Virus record (IMG/VR): IMGVR_UViG_3300008259_000020
Location: 34,991-98,990 of that record
DNA: 64,000 nt
DNA from: a virus
Lineage: Duplodnaviria > Heunggongvirae > Uroviricota > Caudoviricetes
Direction: 5' to 3' (one strand)
In this document: positions 28,437 to 38,239 of the stretch, piece after piece
Layout: the number at the start of each line of letters is the position of its first letter
Numbering within the stretch: position 1 is the first letter of the stretch
The notes under the pieces: generated by a model
Told to the model about the DNA's origin: nothing
The model's database searches: none
What the model saw: the letters and a program-made list of their open reading frames with translations, nothing else
Position numbers and translations under genes: made by a program

Positions 28437-28524
28437 TCTGGGAGTCGAACCCAGTCTACCCTTGCGGGTAGTGCAGATTAGCAATCTGGTGCCTTACCGT
28501 CCGGCCCACGCTCCGTATATTTGG
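28437..28524 (-). tRNA. tRNA-Ser (GCU), type II
   Basis: Acceptor GGAGCGT/ACGCTCC, anticodon arm CAGAT-TGCTAAT-ATCTG, long variable arm, T-arm CTGGGTTCGACTCCCAG, CCA. Confidence 0.8.
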
Positions 28525-28531
28525 CTCCTCG

Positions 28532-28607
28532 TGCTGGGCTCGAACCAGCGACACTTTGATTAACAGTCAAATACTCTACCAACTGAGCTAACGAGGAACA
28601 CTAACTC
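28532..28607 (-). tRNA. tRNA-Asn (GUU)
   Basis: Acceptor TCCTCGT/ACGAGGA, anticodon arm TTTGA-CTGTTAA-TCAAA, T-arm GCTGGTTCGAGCCCAGC, CCA. Confidence 0.85.
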
Positions 28608-28939
28608 TACTTACAGCTACACAGAAACTTAGCATAACGACCTCCGGACGGCCCTCTGCGAGTATATCTGTGTATGTGTAAATAAACTCTACTTACAACT
28701 GCTAACGTGTAGGATTTGCACCTACAAGCGGACCGCCGTCCTATTTGCTACACCGCGTAGTTAAGCTGACTCGAACAGCACACCGCAACCCAACGGACCA
28801 CGGACTCGAACCGTGTTTACTTCTATTCATTAGCATGTGTAAGTAGAGTCATTCTCTACTTACCCCACAATTATCGACTTTCGTCTATGTAGGTGTTGTT
28901 TGAAGTTTCTAAACGAAACAAAACAACTGATCTAAATTT

Positions 28940-29037
28940 TCAAAGAGCGTGTAACTTGCGTTACTGTTTGTTTAGTTAACATAGCGTATATTTTTTACTG
29001 TGTCAACTGTTTTTTTCTTTTTTATTTTCGGAGCATC
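28940..29037. repeat. copy B of the ~100-bp dispersed repeat
   Basis: TTTCAAAGAGCGTGTAACTTGCGTTACTGTTTGTTTAGTTAACATAGCG...TTTTTTTCTTTTTTATTTTCGGAGC aligns with copy A. Confidence 0.6.
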
Positions 29038-29119
29038 TAAACTGTTGTTCTTTGCGTCCTATGTATGTGTTATATAGTGTGTGCCTGTACTTGTCAACCG
29101 TCTTTTTGAACTACTAATG

Positions 29120-29160
29120 AAAAAACCCTCCCAGTTTTGCTAGGAGGGTTTTGAAACTTT
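29120..29160. terminator. bidirectional intrinsic terminator
   Basis: aaaaaaCCCTCCcagttttgctaGGAGGGttttg. Confidence 0.6.
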
Positions 29161-29328
29161 GCGAACTCGGTTTGTTCTTAGTCTCGTACCCCTCCAGAGC
29201 ATAGGTCAACGCCTGGATTACTTGATCCGGCTGTCCATAACTGCACTGTTGTGGTCGAGAGTTTCATTGAACTTCTTTGTCCTTTGTTGTATTATATTTA
29301 TCTCTTTGAGACAAAAACTCAAATTTGG

Positions 29329-29712
29329 TTAACGCTTGTCTAGAGACTTTTGTACCAGTTGTTGATAGATAGCATGTAACACATCACTGTTGTCTTTGAT
29401 TTCATCTTTGTTTTGATAATCAACTAATTGGCGTTCTGCTAAGATATGTGTTGTATATTGGTACGGAAAACTTTTATCAGAATCTTCGCCCCAGTAACTG
29501 TGTTTATCTGCTTCGTTCAACAGGACATGTGCAGAAGCATAAATGCCGTCTTTACTGATGTCATATGCTATAGCAATATCACCAGTTGCTGATCCTGTTA
29601 TTTTTTTCTTTCTTCCTAAGACACCAATTGCAACACTTACGTTGTGCAGATTTTCTGACTCAACTGTGTTGTGGTCGTATGTAAAAGCGTAAAGTTTAAT
29701 ATTTGCAGGCAT
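29329..29712 (-). CDS. hypothetical protein (127 aa)
   Basis: ORF; first gene downstream of the intergenic region and terminator. Confidence 0.4.
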   Translation of the reverse strand: MPANIKLYAFTYDHNTVESENLHNVSVAIGVLGRKKKITGSATGDIAIAYDISKDGIYASAHVLLNEADKHSYWGEDSDKSFPYQYTTHILAERQLVDYQNKDEIKDNSDVLHAIYQQLVQKSLDKR

Positions 29713-29767
29713 AGTGTTCCCCTTTAAACTACTTATCCAAGTAAGTCAACAATATTAATAAATTTGA

Positions 29768-30148
29768 TCAACTATAGTTGTAGTGGAAAGAACCAGTCCA
29801 ATGAAATCCTGGAGGATTATCATTGCCTTCTGGATCAGTGAGTTTGTAAAGTACTTCTGGTACAAATTTTCCAGCACGGTCAAAAAACTCTACACGATCT
29901 AGTACCTCTGCGCCCATAGCATAATAGTCTCCAAAGTGTTCTTTGAACTCGTTAAGGGCACGTTCCTCCGGTGTGTTTTTAGTAGTTTTGTCAAATTGCC
30001 AACGCCCGTTTTCGTCAATATAACTCTTGTTTACATAGTCGTCCTGACGCGGGCTAGCACGAGTCACCATTGTCATTACAGTGCGACCTTCACCAGTAGC
30101 ACCATAATCACAGAGTACGTATACGTTTGGATCTGTTTTTTCTTGCAT
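29768..30148 (-). CDS. hypothetical protein (126 aa)
   Basis: ORF. Confidence 0.4.
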   Translation of the reverse strand: MQEKTDPNVYVLCDYGATGEGRTVMTMVTRASPRQDDYVNKSYIDENGRWQFDKTTKNTPEERALNEFKEHFGDYYAMGAEVLDRVEFFDRAGKFVPEVLYKLTDPEGNDNPPGFHWTGSFHYNYS

Positions 30149-30149
30149 G

Positions 30150-30479
30150 TTATCCTCCAGTAGATGATCCTGTGCTTGGATTGTCGAAGTGTTGTACGCT
30201 GGTTAGTTTGGTTTTCCAATAGCCAAAGCCTGTGCCGGTTGTGCCATCGTCCCAGGTTTCTAGGGCATAGTAGTGTTCTAGCCAAACAGTGTGTCCGTCG
30301 TTTAGTTCAGTAGGACAAAATGCAAAGTACTTTACTACACGTCTGTCGCCTGTTTTTTGTTTGTCAGTTTTCCAACGCATCATCTTCATCCAATGTAACC
30401 CATTTGGTTTCTTCATAGTAAGACATAAAGAAAGTATCGTTGTGATCAGGTTTTCCGTAAACCATAATCGCAGGGCCAT
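30150..30479 (-). CDS. hypothetical protein (109 aa)
   Basis: ORF abutting its neighbours; overlaps 30364-30630 in another frame, so one of the two may be wrong. Confidence 0.3.
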   Translation of the reverse strand: MALRLWFTENLITTILSLCLTMKKPNGLHWMKMMRWKTDKQKTGDRRVVKYFAFCPTELNDGHTVWLEHYYALETWDDGTTGTGFGYWKTKLTSVQHFDNPSTGSSTGG

Positions 30480-30630
30480 CTGTATCTTCAGTAAGCCAGA
30501 TGTGATGGAAGATTAGGTCACTGGGCTGATCCAATTCTTCTGTTAGATGAGCAAGTTCTTGAGCGATCTTTTTACGCTGATTTTCTGTGAACTCAGGGTG
30601 TTCACTTTCCCATTCAATGTTGTGTGTCAT
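30364..30630 (-). CDS. hypothetical acidic protein (88 aa)
   Basis: ORF with ATGA-type coupling to 30627-30836. Confidence 0.3.
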   Translation of the reverse strand: MTHNIEWESEHPEFTENQRKKIAQELAHLTEELDQPSDLIFHHIWLTEDTDGPAIMVYGKPDHNDTFFMSYYEETKWVTLDEDDALEN

Positions 30631-30825
30631 TGTGAATTCTCTGCGGCTTCCATAATAAAGTCAATTGCATCGTTGATTACAAACTCGTTAAAGATGCCGT
30701 GATAGTTGTTCCAAATCTCAGCAGCAACCCAGTCCCATACTACAGCACCATCTTTCATGTAATGTGCTTGATTTTTACCAATAGTGCTGATAATCCAAAC
30801 TGCAAGACGGTGTACGTTTTCAAAA

Positions 30826-31155
30826 TCACTCATTGATATTCTCCACAGTGTGTTCTCCAATTTCAATACGCACAATCTGATCAGGTGCATACCAAGTTTT
30901 ATCAATTGTAATGCCTTTAGTAGCACGTTTGTCAAGCCACTCTCGAACGTCATCTTCGAGATGAACTCGCATCATAAAATTGCCAAAACTCGCATCATCA
31001 AATTCGATAACGCGATTAAACGGCGTGTCCACGCCTTTGATGTAAATACGGAAGTTTTGTGTATAACGACGCAGTGGATCAGTTTCGTAACGTTTCTGAT
31101 CCTCAGTACGAGGATCCCACATCCATTTCAAAGTATCAAGCAGTTTCATCAGCAT
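30826..31155 (-). CDS. hypothetical protein (109 aa)
   Basis: ORF. The overlapping 30627-30953 ORF probably starts at its internal MSDFENV, so the real overlap is small. Confidence 0.4.
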   Translation of the reverse strand: MLMKLLDTLKWMWDPRTEDQKRYETDPLRRYTQNFRIYIKGVDTPFNRVIEFDDASFGNFMMRVHLEDDVREWLDKRATKGITIDKTWYAPDQIVRIEIGEHTVENINE

Positions 31156-31262
31156 TGCTCCTTGTATGTGTTTAATATACAGTATTTGTGTTAGTTGTCA
31201 ATTAGATTAAAACGTGTAAGAACAAACATTTGCAATTTTGTTCTACAACCGGTCAAGAGAAA

Positions 31263-31290
31263 AGGGCCCTAAGGCCCTGATCTTTTTATT
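31263..31290. terminator. intrinsic terminator
   Basis: GGGCCCTAAGGCCC hairpin followed by a T-run; its loop resembles the 23889 terminator. Confidence 0.5.
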
Positions 31291-32698
31291 GCTTTACAGG
31301 AGTAGCAGCAACAGTTGGATCCACTTGCAGATCTTTGGCAGTCTTGATCATCAACATCTGCATAAAAGTATCTACAGTGCCCAGTGCATTACCTGCCGTT
31401 CCACCTTCGCCGCCAATCACAGTGGCAGGAACATTGATCTTGCTGGCAGCGTCTGCCCAAACTTTTTGTGCTTCTGTCCATGCAGCCAGTTTTTGTGCAA
31501 GAGCACCGTCAGCAAGTAGAATTGCTTCTTTGGCGTAGGCTTCAGCATCGGCAGCAACAGTTACGGCTTCGGCATCGATTCGCGCTCGGTCTAGATTGAT
31601 TGCAGCCGTTTGCTTGGCAATTTCTGCTTCTTCACGAACACGTTCTGCTTCAATCAGTGCCAATTTCTTGGTAGTTTCGGCATTAGTGGTCTTTTCAATT
31701 TGCTCAACTTTTGCTTCTGCTTGACGCTTGGCAATATCAGTTTCACCTTGTTGGATAGCAAGCAAACGCTGTTCTTCCTGTTCAAGACGCTGTTCACGTG
31801 CTACAACTCGACGACTTGCTGCCTTCTTACGCTCGCCAATTTGACGTTCATATTCGTCATCAGGATCAATGTTTTCAAGAATAGCACTTGCTACAGTAAC
31901 ACCAATTTCAGTAAAGTCGTGCGGTGTGCGAACATCATTACCAGCAGTGTCTGTAATTTTTTCCATCAACACTTTACGAACTTCAGTATCGCCTACGTCG
32001 CTGGTATCCTGTGCTACATCACTGTCACTAGCAGCAGCACGACTACGAATCACACCACCTGCTTGGTTAAGACTGATTTGACGAACTTGGGCACGACCTT
32101 TTTCAATTGCATCTTTGAATTCGCTCTTAAACTGGTCACGCTTACCGCCGCTGTAGTATTCTTCCATGGTAAACATGTTAGACACACTGTCAAGACTTGC
32201 AGTAACAGCAGGCTTTAGAGTAGTGTTAATCAGACGCTCGGGTGTACGGAAGGTACGTGCCATTTCAAGAAACTGTGCAGAGTCTTGCGGAATACCAAAG
32301 CGAGTAGTTTGAGTTACATCACCGGTCCAGTTGTCTGCTAGACGAACACGGTAGGGCTCTGCAATCGAACCTTGGAACACAGTGCCTGCATTTTCACCAG
32401 TTGCATCAAGAGTATGTGCTACAGTAATGTAATGCGGCCACGCAGTGCTAGTACCCCATCCTGCAAAATACCAACCGGTTTCGCAAGTTGAAGTTTCGTT
32501 ACCAAAAATAGTTCGAGTGTGCTGGCAAAAACCAGCGTCGTTATAACCAACAGATCCGCCAAGGCTAAACACACCAGCCAAAGCAAACATTACAACAGAT
32601 CCAAGCGTTTTTACTTTGCGTAGCATAGGATCGACTGGAACAAACAGAACTGCAAAAGCACCAAGCAAGAACAGAACTCCAACAAAAATACCGAACAT
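31286..32698 (-). CDS. SPFH/band-7 (HflK/flotillin-like) membrane protein with a long coiled-coil tail
   Basis: N-terminal TM segment, an SPFH-like core (TRFGIPQDSAQFLEMARTF...) and then about 200 aa of A/E/K/Q-rich coiled coil. Confidence 0.5.
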   Translation of the reverse strand: MFGIFVGVLFLLGAFAVLFVPVDPMLRKVKTLGSVVMFALAGVFSLGGSVGYNDAGFCQHTRTIFGNETSTCETGWYFAGWGTSTAWPHYITVAHTLDATGENAGTVFQGSIAEPYRVRLADNWTGDVTQTTRFGIPQDSAQFLEMARTFRTPERLINTTLKPAVTASLDSVSNMFTMEEYYSGGKRDQFKSEFKDAIEKGRAQVRQISLNQAGGVIRSRAAASDSDVAQDTSDVGDTEVRKVLMEKITDTAGNDVRTPHDFTEIGVTVASAILENIDPDDEYERQIGERKKAASRRVVAREQRLEQEEQRLLAIQQGETDIAKRQAEAKVEQIEKTTNAETTKKLALIEAERVREEAEIAKQTAAINLDRARIDAEAVTVAADAEAYAKEAILLADGALAQKLAAWTEAQKVWADAASKINVPATVIGGEGGTAGNALGTVDTFMQMLMIKTAKDLQVDPTVAATPVKQ

Positions 32699-32899
32699 GT
32701 ATATCTCCTTTTGTTACGGTGTCGTTTAAGTGTTTTATGTATACTTTAGTTTCTTCTTGAAGTCAAGAAGTTTTTGTTGATATTTGTCATAGTTGTCGAT
32801 ATGATCTTGAACAGCATTTTCAACAACTCGGCAAACAACATAGATGCCACCAAACAGTGCAATGTTAGGCAACACATACCATAGAACGATTTCCAGCAT

Positions 32900-33448
32900 T
32901 TACTTAATCCTCAATTCTTCAATGTTAACGGGCGTGTAGTCAACGGCTTCTACACTCATATTGCGATATGGTCCTTCTGGACTAGGGTTTTGATGGATAT
33001 GTCCGTGGACATTAAGGAATGTCTTTTGAACTGTTCCTACATCACCTTCTGCAACAAAAACCCGTAAGTTGCTAGGATGAACAGGAACGTGTGTTAGTAG
33101 CAAGCCAAATTCAGAGAACATACGCCACATGTGAACTTTGGAGAAGAATCCGCCGCTGCTCAAATACTTGATGTCATCGTGATTGCCCACAATCAGCCGC
33201 TTTTGGCCATGCAGTTTAGGCCACAACTTTTGAAAGTATTCACGGTCGCCAAACATCACGTCACCCAAGTGATATACTTTGTCACCGGGTTTCACACGGC
33301 TGTTCCACTGTTCAACCATGTAGTCATCCATTTCCTTTACAGAGGAGAATCTAGCACCACGGACGAGTTTGCCAGTGGTGCTGTCTGTAAACGTTAGAAT
33401 ATTTGCGTGATTGAAGTGTGTATCACTGATTACCCAAATATCACTCAT
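32900..33448 (-). CDS. calcineurin-like metallophosphoesterase 1
   Basis: MPP motifs ISDTHFNH, HLGDVMFGD, VGNHD and VHGHIH. Confidence 0.7.
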   Translation of the reverse strand: MSDIWVISDTHFNHANILTFTDSTTGKLVRGARFSSVKEMDDYMVEQWNSRVKPGDKVYHLGDVMFGDREYFQKLWPKLHGQKRLIVGNHDDIKYLSSGGFFSKVHMWRMFSEFGLLLTHVPVHPSNLRVFVAEGDVGTVQKTFLNVHGHIHQNPSPEGPYRNMSVEAVDYTPVNIEELRIK

Positions 33449-33449
33449 G

Positions 33450-33938
33450 TTAATCTCCTTTTAGTTTGAACACACCAAGTACCAGTCTGCTTTCCGGTTG
33501 ACGAATACCAGCACGAACTACCATTTCGTTGTTTTCGTTGTAGCGAATCAACCAGTTCAAGTAGTCAGTGCTCCACAGAGGAATGTTGGTAATACGCTGC
33601 AACATATCCTTAGGATAGTCATGCATTGCATATTGATCACCCAGATACTTTTTGTTCTTAAGATAAAAGAAAGTTTTTCTACGCTCAAAGTAATCTTTGG
33701 TAAGAGGCTTGAATGAGATCTCGTAATCTTTGCGAATGTCAGCAGGCAACTTTTTAATAGCACTCTCACGAATGATATAGTGCTTCTTGAGTTTGCCTTT
33801 GGCACGGCTTTTGAGATCACTCTTATGAGTCTGTTGCTGTTGATAGGTTAACATAGCAAACTCCTTTCTAATAAAATCTGCTTCTAGTTTCTCGTATTCT
33901 TCTTCTAGCATACTTTCGATATCTTTAAATGTCAACAT
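33450..33938 (-). CDS. hypothetical basic protein (162 aa)
   Basis: ORF; ATGA coupling with the upstream metallophosphoesterase. Confidence 0.4.
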   Translation of the reverse strand: MLTFKDIESMLEEEYEKLEADFIRKEFAMLTYQQQQTHKSDLKSRAKGKLKKHYIIRESAIKKLPADIRKDYEISFKPLTKDYFERRKTFFYLKNKKYLGDQYAMHDYPKDMLQRITNIPLWSTDYLNWLIRYNENNEMVVRAGIRQPESRLVLGVFKLKGD

Positions 33939-34611
33939 CTTTGTACTTTCCTTCTCGACTCCATTCGTCTAATACATCTGCAATTTCTAACATTGCTGCG
34001 GCTACTGCATGATTATCACCCCAATAACTGTAAACGTGAATGTTAATTCCCATAAGTATACCTCTCTATGATTCAACATACAACTCAATCACAGTTCTGT
34101 CAAGTCAGAACTTGCCTTAAATCCATTTTGAATTATTATAGTGTGATCAACGTAGTTGATCAGTTAAGTCTTTCGCAGGCTCAATCCTTAACATATTATT
34201 CTTTTAGAGAGATTCTATCTAGATTTGGATTCACACTTAGCCTTCTTACAGGCTAAGGCAAGTAAGACTCTATCTGAGTTCTTTCATCACACTCATATTC
34301 AAAAACCTACTGTGTAAGGAAAAGGCGGTTGTGCTGTACCTTTTTACTTTGTGCTTAATTACAACGCGGATTCGCAAAACAATAATATGAGCAATTGTTT
34401 TGCTGTCTGTAGGTTCCAAACGTCAGGAGAGCCTACTCATTTTCTCCAGTCACGGAGACACGAATTACGGACTTACAAGGCGTGCGAGAACCACGCCAGG
34501 AACACCACCAGATCCAACCGCATCTGCGGGCTCAAGGTGACCTTACGGCTAAACTGTGCTGTATATAGCCTTTGCTTGCCTAGTTGTGCCTAATACTAAG
34601 ACCGGACAATC

Positions 34612-34974
34612 TTAGTCGTTTCTTTTTGCCTTACAACGGTTGATGTATTCTTCTGCTTCATCTTTTGTATAGAACCAATGTTCTAGATGATGTTCGTCCT
34701 CGCCCGCCCACTCATCATAGATCTGTCCATCTGGATAGCGGAAATGGTATTCGGTGATACGATCTTCATCAAAACGAACATCGCCTTCTTCGATGTGTGT
34801 TACCTTGCCGCAATATTCGATAACGATGATGTTATATTCCCAATGATCTCGATCATACCGAAACCATTCAACACCATCAATTACAGTTTTGATTTTATTT
34901 TTTGTAAATGCATTGTTTTTTTCGTCGGCAATATAAACTTTATCGCCAAACTTTAAAGTGTTAAATTTGATCAT
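34612..34974 (-). CDS. hypothetical protein (120 aa)
   Basis: ORF. Confidence 0.4.
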   Translation of the reverse strand: MIKFNTLKFGDKVYIADEKNNAFTKNKIKTVIDGVEWFRYDRDHWEYNIIVIEYCGKVTHIEEGDVRFDEDRITEYHFRYPDGQIYDEWAGEDEHHLEHWFYTKDEAEEYINRCKAKRND

Positions 34975-34985
34975 TTTAACTCCTA

Positions 34986-35399
34986 CTACTTTGTTTCCTT
35001 GGCAATCATTTTGTATCCGTTTCCTGTTGGATGTACACCGTCCTTGCTCATTGGATATGCCCTAGTATCTACGACACTGTCACCAAACTGTTTAGCAATG
35101 ACAAGTGCAGCATACCTAGATTCTTCGTTGTTTGCACTGAGAATCCAAATAACGTCACCCGAGATAAGTTCACGCAAGGCCAGCATTGGCCCATAGGACT
35201 CTACGTAGCCATCATTGGAACCTAGACTAATAATGGTCTTTTTGGATTCAGTTAACACAAAATGTCTATACAAGCCGTTGGCATAATCCTCGGAATTGAT
35301 ACCCGATTTAGCCTGCACAACACATTCTGGCCGCATCTGGCCGATGCCAACTGCAATACTATCGCCTAAAATCAAACATTCAATCATTGTTATCTCCAA
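34986..35399 (-). CDS. SGNH/GDSL hydrolase
   Basis: ILGDSIAVG (block I), GSNDG (block III) and DGVHPT (block V). Confidence 0.6.
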   Translation of the reverse strand: MEITMIECLILGDSIAVGIGQMRPECVVQAKSGINSEDYANGLYRHFVLTESKKTIISLGSNDGYVESYGPMLALRELISGDVIWILSANNEESRYAALVIAKQFGDSVVDTRAYPMSKDGVHPTGNGYKMIAKETK

Positions 35400-35727
35400 T
35401 TAAATTAGACTCTTTGACCGTCTTAAATCGTTCATGATATTCTCGGTCATCAAACGTTTTCTTGTATTGCTCTGCACCAAGGTTGATCAAGTATTCAACG
35501 TGAGCAAGATCACAGTTGGCAGAGGGTTCCTTCAAGTAAGCCAAGTTCCAGCCGTGCCGGTGAACGCAACGACCATAGTAGAGAGCATACCCGTCGCCAT
35601 GCAGTTCGATGGTGTATTGCGGTTCACAAGCACAAGGCTTCAACAGTGTTTCCCAGTCAGTCATAGCATTACTCCTAATACGATTCCAAAAGCAAACACA
35701 AGACCTATAGCACTGATCACATACCAA
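35380..35727 (-). CDS. Cys-rich hypothetical protein (115 aa)
   Basis: ORF with several CxxC-like pairs. Confidence 0.35.
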   Translation of the reverse strand: MVCDQCYRSCVCFWNRIRSNAMTDWETLLKPCACEPQYTIELHGDGYALYYGRCVHRHGWNLAYLKEPSANCDLAHVEYLINLGAEQYKKTFDDREYHERFKTVKESNLIGDNND

Positions 35728-35790
35728 AATGCTGGACCTAAAATCATACCAGCAGCATAGAAAACAAAGTAAGGAAACTCAATAATTTTT

Positions 35791-36213
35791 TTAATCATGG
35801 TCATAAGCCTTCAAAAAGTTTTCCATATACTTGCGAATGTTCTCTGCTCCTACGGGATTCATACTATGAACATGATATCCAAATCCCACAGGCAACCGTA
35901 GTTTGTTATCCATCACATGGTCACAAAACCATTTGGCAAAGGTGTAGCCAGTTTTCTCGCCTGTGTCTTTTTCGTAATGTTCGTCTGCCAAGTCATGGTC
36001 AAAACTGATCATAGTGGGCAAGCCATACTTTTCCACACACCAAACAGCATCATCCATGCTGCGGCAGATCACTACGTTTTTGTAAGGTCCGTAGTTGTAA
36101 CGCACATCACCGGGGAAGCGAATGTCATCTAAAAACAGTGTCCAGGTCATTTTACATTCCCATCCAAGCAGCACATTCATCCCAACGAACGTTGGTAGTG
36201 ATTGACTTTTCAA
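35791..36213 (-). CDS. hypothetical protein (140 aa)
   Basis: ORF immediately downstream of the RNA ligase. Confidence 0.35.
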   Translation of the reverse strand: MKSQSLPTFVGMNVLLGWECKMTWTLFLDDIRFPGDVRYNYGPYKNVVICRSMDDAVWCVEKYGLPTMISFDHDLADEHYEKDTGEKTGYTFAKWFCDHVMDNKLRLPVGFGYHVHSMNPVGAENIRKYMENFLKAYDHD

Positions 36214-37190
36214 TGTGATCCAATATCATAGCACGACCGTCACGATCACCAAAACGACCAAACACATACACAGCCGCAAACGGATCGCGGTTCTTGATCG
36301 TAGGCATCCACTCCTGTGCATAACGCTTGCGATCAAGTCCTGACGCAACAACAGTGTTCCAGTAACGATCATACTTTTCCACAGTGTTGTGCAAACGTTC
36401 TGCAAATCTGCGTTCAAAGTCACGCACACGATCTGCCTGCACTTTAGGCAACATAGGAACAACATCATCAACTTCTTCGTTGAGGATCAAGTTCACAATG
36501 TTACGATCAAACACAATACGATCCACAGTCTTGTGAATACGCACGTACCAGTCGTTCTTGATTTTGCACATGTGACCATCTGCAAAGCGGATGATGTCGC
36601 CTTCACGACCTTCTGCACCACGCTGACGAGCAATGTAGTCAACAAGATTGCCTGCTACACTACCATACTGCGTAACAGTGTTGAACGGACAAGAGATATC
36701 CATTGCATATTCGCCAGTCAAGTTGTCACGAGTACCAAGATACACAAGGTCTGCTGCCTCATAAGCCAGCACAATCTGGTTAAATGGGCTTACCCACTCA
36801 AACAGCGGAGTTAATCCAAGATCAACCATAGTGCGAAGCCATTCCTTCAATCTGCGGTCCTGAGCAGCAAGCCACGCCTCGGCATCCATAGCAACCGACG
36901 TCACTCCCATTTTGGTAGCCAGTCGCAGGTGCCCATCAACCAAGATCGGACGTAAGAGCACCATCAGGACCAAAGATAAGACCACGGCATTCACGACGAA
37001 TCGCACCGCCCAAGTCGTCTGGGCCAGTCATGTCAAAGGTATCGGCCATAGCCACCACATAGTTGACCACAGTATAGCCTTCACGTTCGGCTACGACAAA
37101 TTCGTCACGGCCTTCTACGTGCGGCAGCACATCACTGATGTGACGGATCAGAGGAAAACGGTAGTTCATGATTTTATCCTTGTGTATCAC
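36152..37190 (-). pseudogene. rnlA: RNA ligase 1 (T4 RnlA/gp63 family), apparently interrupted by a frameshift near 36936-37006
   Basis: The N-terminal frame (37190-36936) gives ...YTVVNYVVAMADTFDMTGPDDLGGAIRRECRGLIFGPDG, which matches T4 Rnl1 YRIFSYNYASY...ECRGIMFEMDG. The second frame (from 37006) gives VDGHLRLATKMGVTS...FEWVSPFNQIVLAYEAADLVYLGTRDNLTGEY...DGHMCKIKNDWYVRIH, which matches T4 ...VDYILTKEDGSL...FEFVAPTNRIVLAY...ENETGEY...DGSHFKIKSDWYVSLH. The two frames overlap by about 70 nt. Motif I reads TKMG, not the canonical KxDG. Confidence 0.6.
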
Positions 37191-37225
37191 CTACCCTAGT
37201 GTTATAGCACAAGGATAGGCAGTTG

Positions 37226-37744
37226 TCAATCACTGATTCTGTTGCCATACATGTCGTAGCAGCGAACAGCATCGAATCCTTCGTCAACAGTAGGGCGAAC
37301 AAAACTATCCATCATTGATTCAATTACATGATCAGGAATAGTTTTGCCTGGACGGCTAGCCATACGGTGCTGCCAATCTTCCCACTGGCTATCACCCGCT
37401 GGCAAGAGGATGCACTCGCACTCAACACGATAGCCAGCGTTACGCATACGATTAATGATCTTACGACGCTTGCCAACACCAAGGTTGGTCTGATCCCAGA
37501 TGACATCCTTACGAAGAGTAACTATCGAGTTCAACTTCCGTTCGTTGAACTCCGTCGCAGCCTTAATGTTTAAAGAAAACGCCTCGTTATAAGTGATGCC
37601 GTTGTCTTCAGCAACCGTATCGATATACATATCGGTGCTGTAGATCCAAGTGTCTTCAGAGATCATTCTCTGAATGAGAGTGCTCTTACCGGTAGCAGGC
37701 AACCCAACCATCACAGTACAAGTAGGCATGTTTTCTCCAATCAA
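37226..37744 (-). CDS. polynucleotide 5'-kinase (T4 Pnk N-terminal kinase-domain homolog, stand-alone)
   Basis: P-loop VMVGLPATGKSTL and DQTNLGVGKRRKIINRMRNAGYRV align with the T4 PseT kinase domain (GCPGSGKST ... SDTNLNPERR...). Confidence 0.65.
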   Translation of the reverse strand: MIGENMPTCTVMVGLPATGKSTLIQRMISEDTWIYSTDMYIDTVAEDNGITYNEAFSLNIKAATEFNERKLNSIVTLRKDVIWDQTNLGVGKRRKIINRMRNAGYRVECECILLPAGDSQWEDWQHRMASRPGKTIPDHVIESMMDSFVRPTVDEGFDAVRCYDMYGNRISD

Positions 37745-37950
37745 TACTTAAAGTTTCCACTCGCTTCGTTATCTTTGAAACCAGTCATATATGCTTCGAT
37801 TTCATTAGGAGTCATACGATCCTCAGGAATTAATTCGCTGGATCCGGTGCCACCAACGTAGTAGTGAGGAACACATGGACGACGGTAGTAACTATCAGCA
37901 CCACCGCGATCGTAGGGTCCACCATGACGTCTATCGTTAGATTGAGACAT
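37741..37950 (-). CDS. small Gly/Tyr/Arg-rich protein (69 aa)
   Basis: ORF between the kinase and phosphatase genes. Confidence 0.35.
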   Translation of the reverse strand: MSQSNDRRHGGPYDRGGADSYYRRPCVPHYYVGGTGSSELIPEDRMTPNEIEAYMTGFKDNEASGNFKY

Positions 37951-37976
37951 TAGGTTATTCCTTTTCTATTTATGTA

Positions 37977-38207
37977 TCAGTGACGAACGAGATGAACGCG
38001 GCCAAGGAGCGTAGCAAGAGCGTATTCGATCGCCTCCATCGCCTGCGCCTTGGTAATGTTATTCGAGTCGTACTGTGACTCTGCGAGTTTAATCAGCTGA
38101 GCGAGTTCTTCATTAGTCATACCGCAGATTGCAGTTTTGACTTCTTCGAGGCTATTAAAGGTAGTCATTGTCGTGTTCCTTTTGTTTCCTACAGATATAG
38201 AATACAC
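37977..38207 (-). CDS. small hypothetical protein (76 aa)
   Basis: ORF. Confidence 0.35.
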   Translation of the reverse strand: MYSISVGNKRNTTMTTFNSLEEVKTAICGMTNEELAQLIKLAESQYDSNNITKAQAMEAIEYALATLLGRVHLVRH

Positions 38208-38239
38208 TGATTCTAAACGAATGTAAATAGAAAAGTTGT

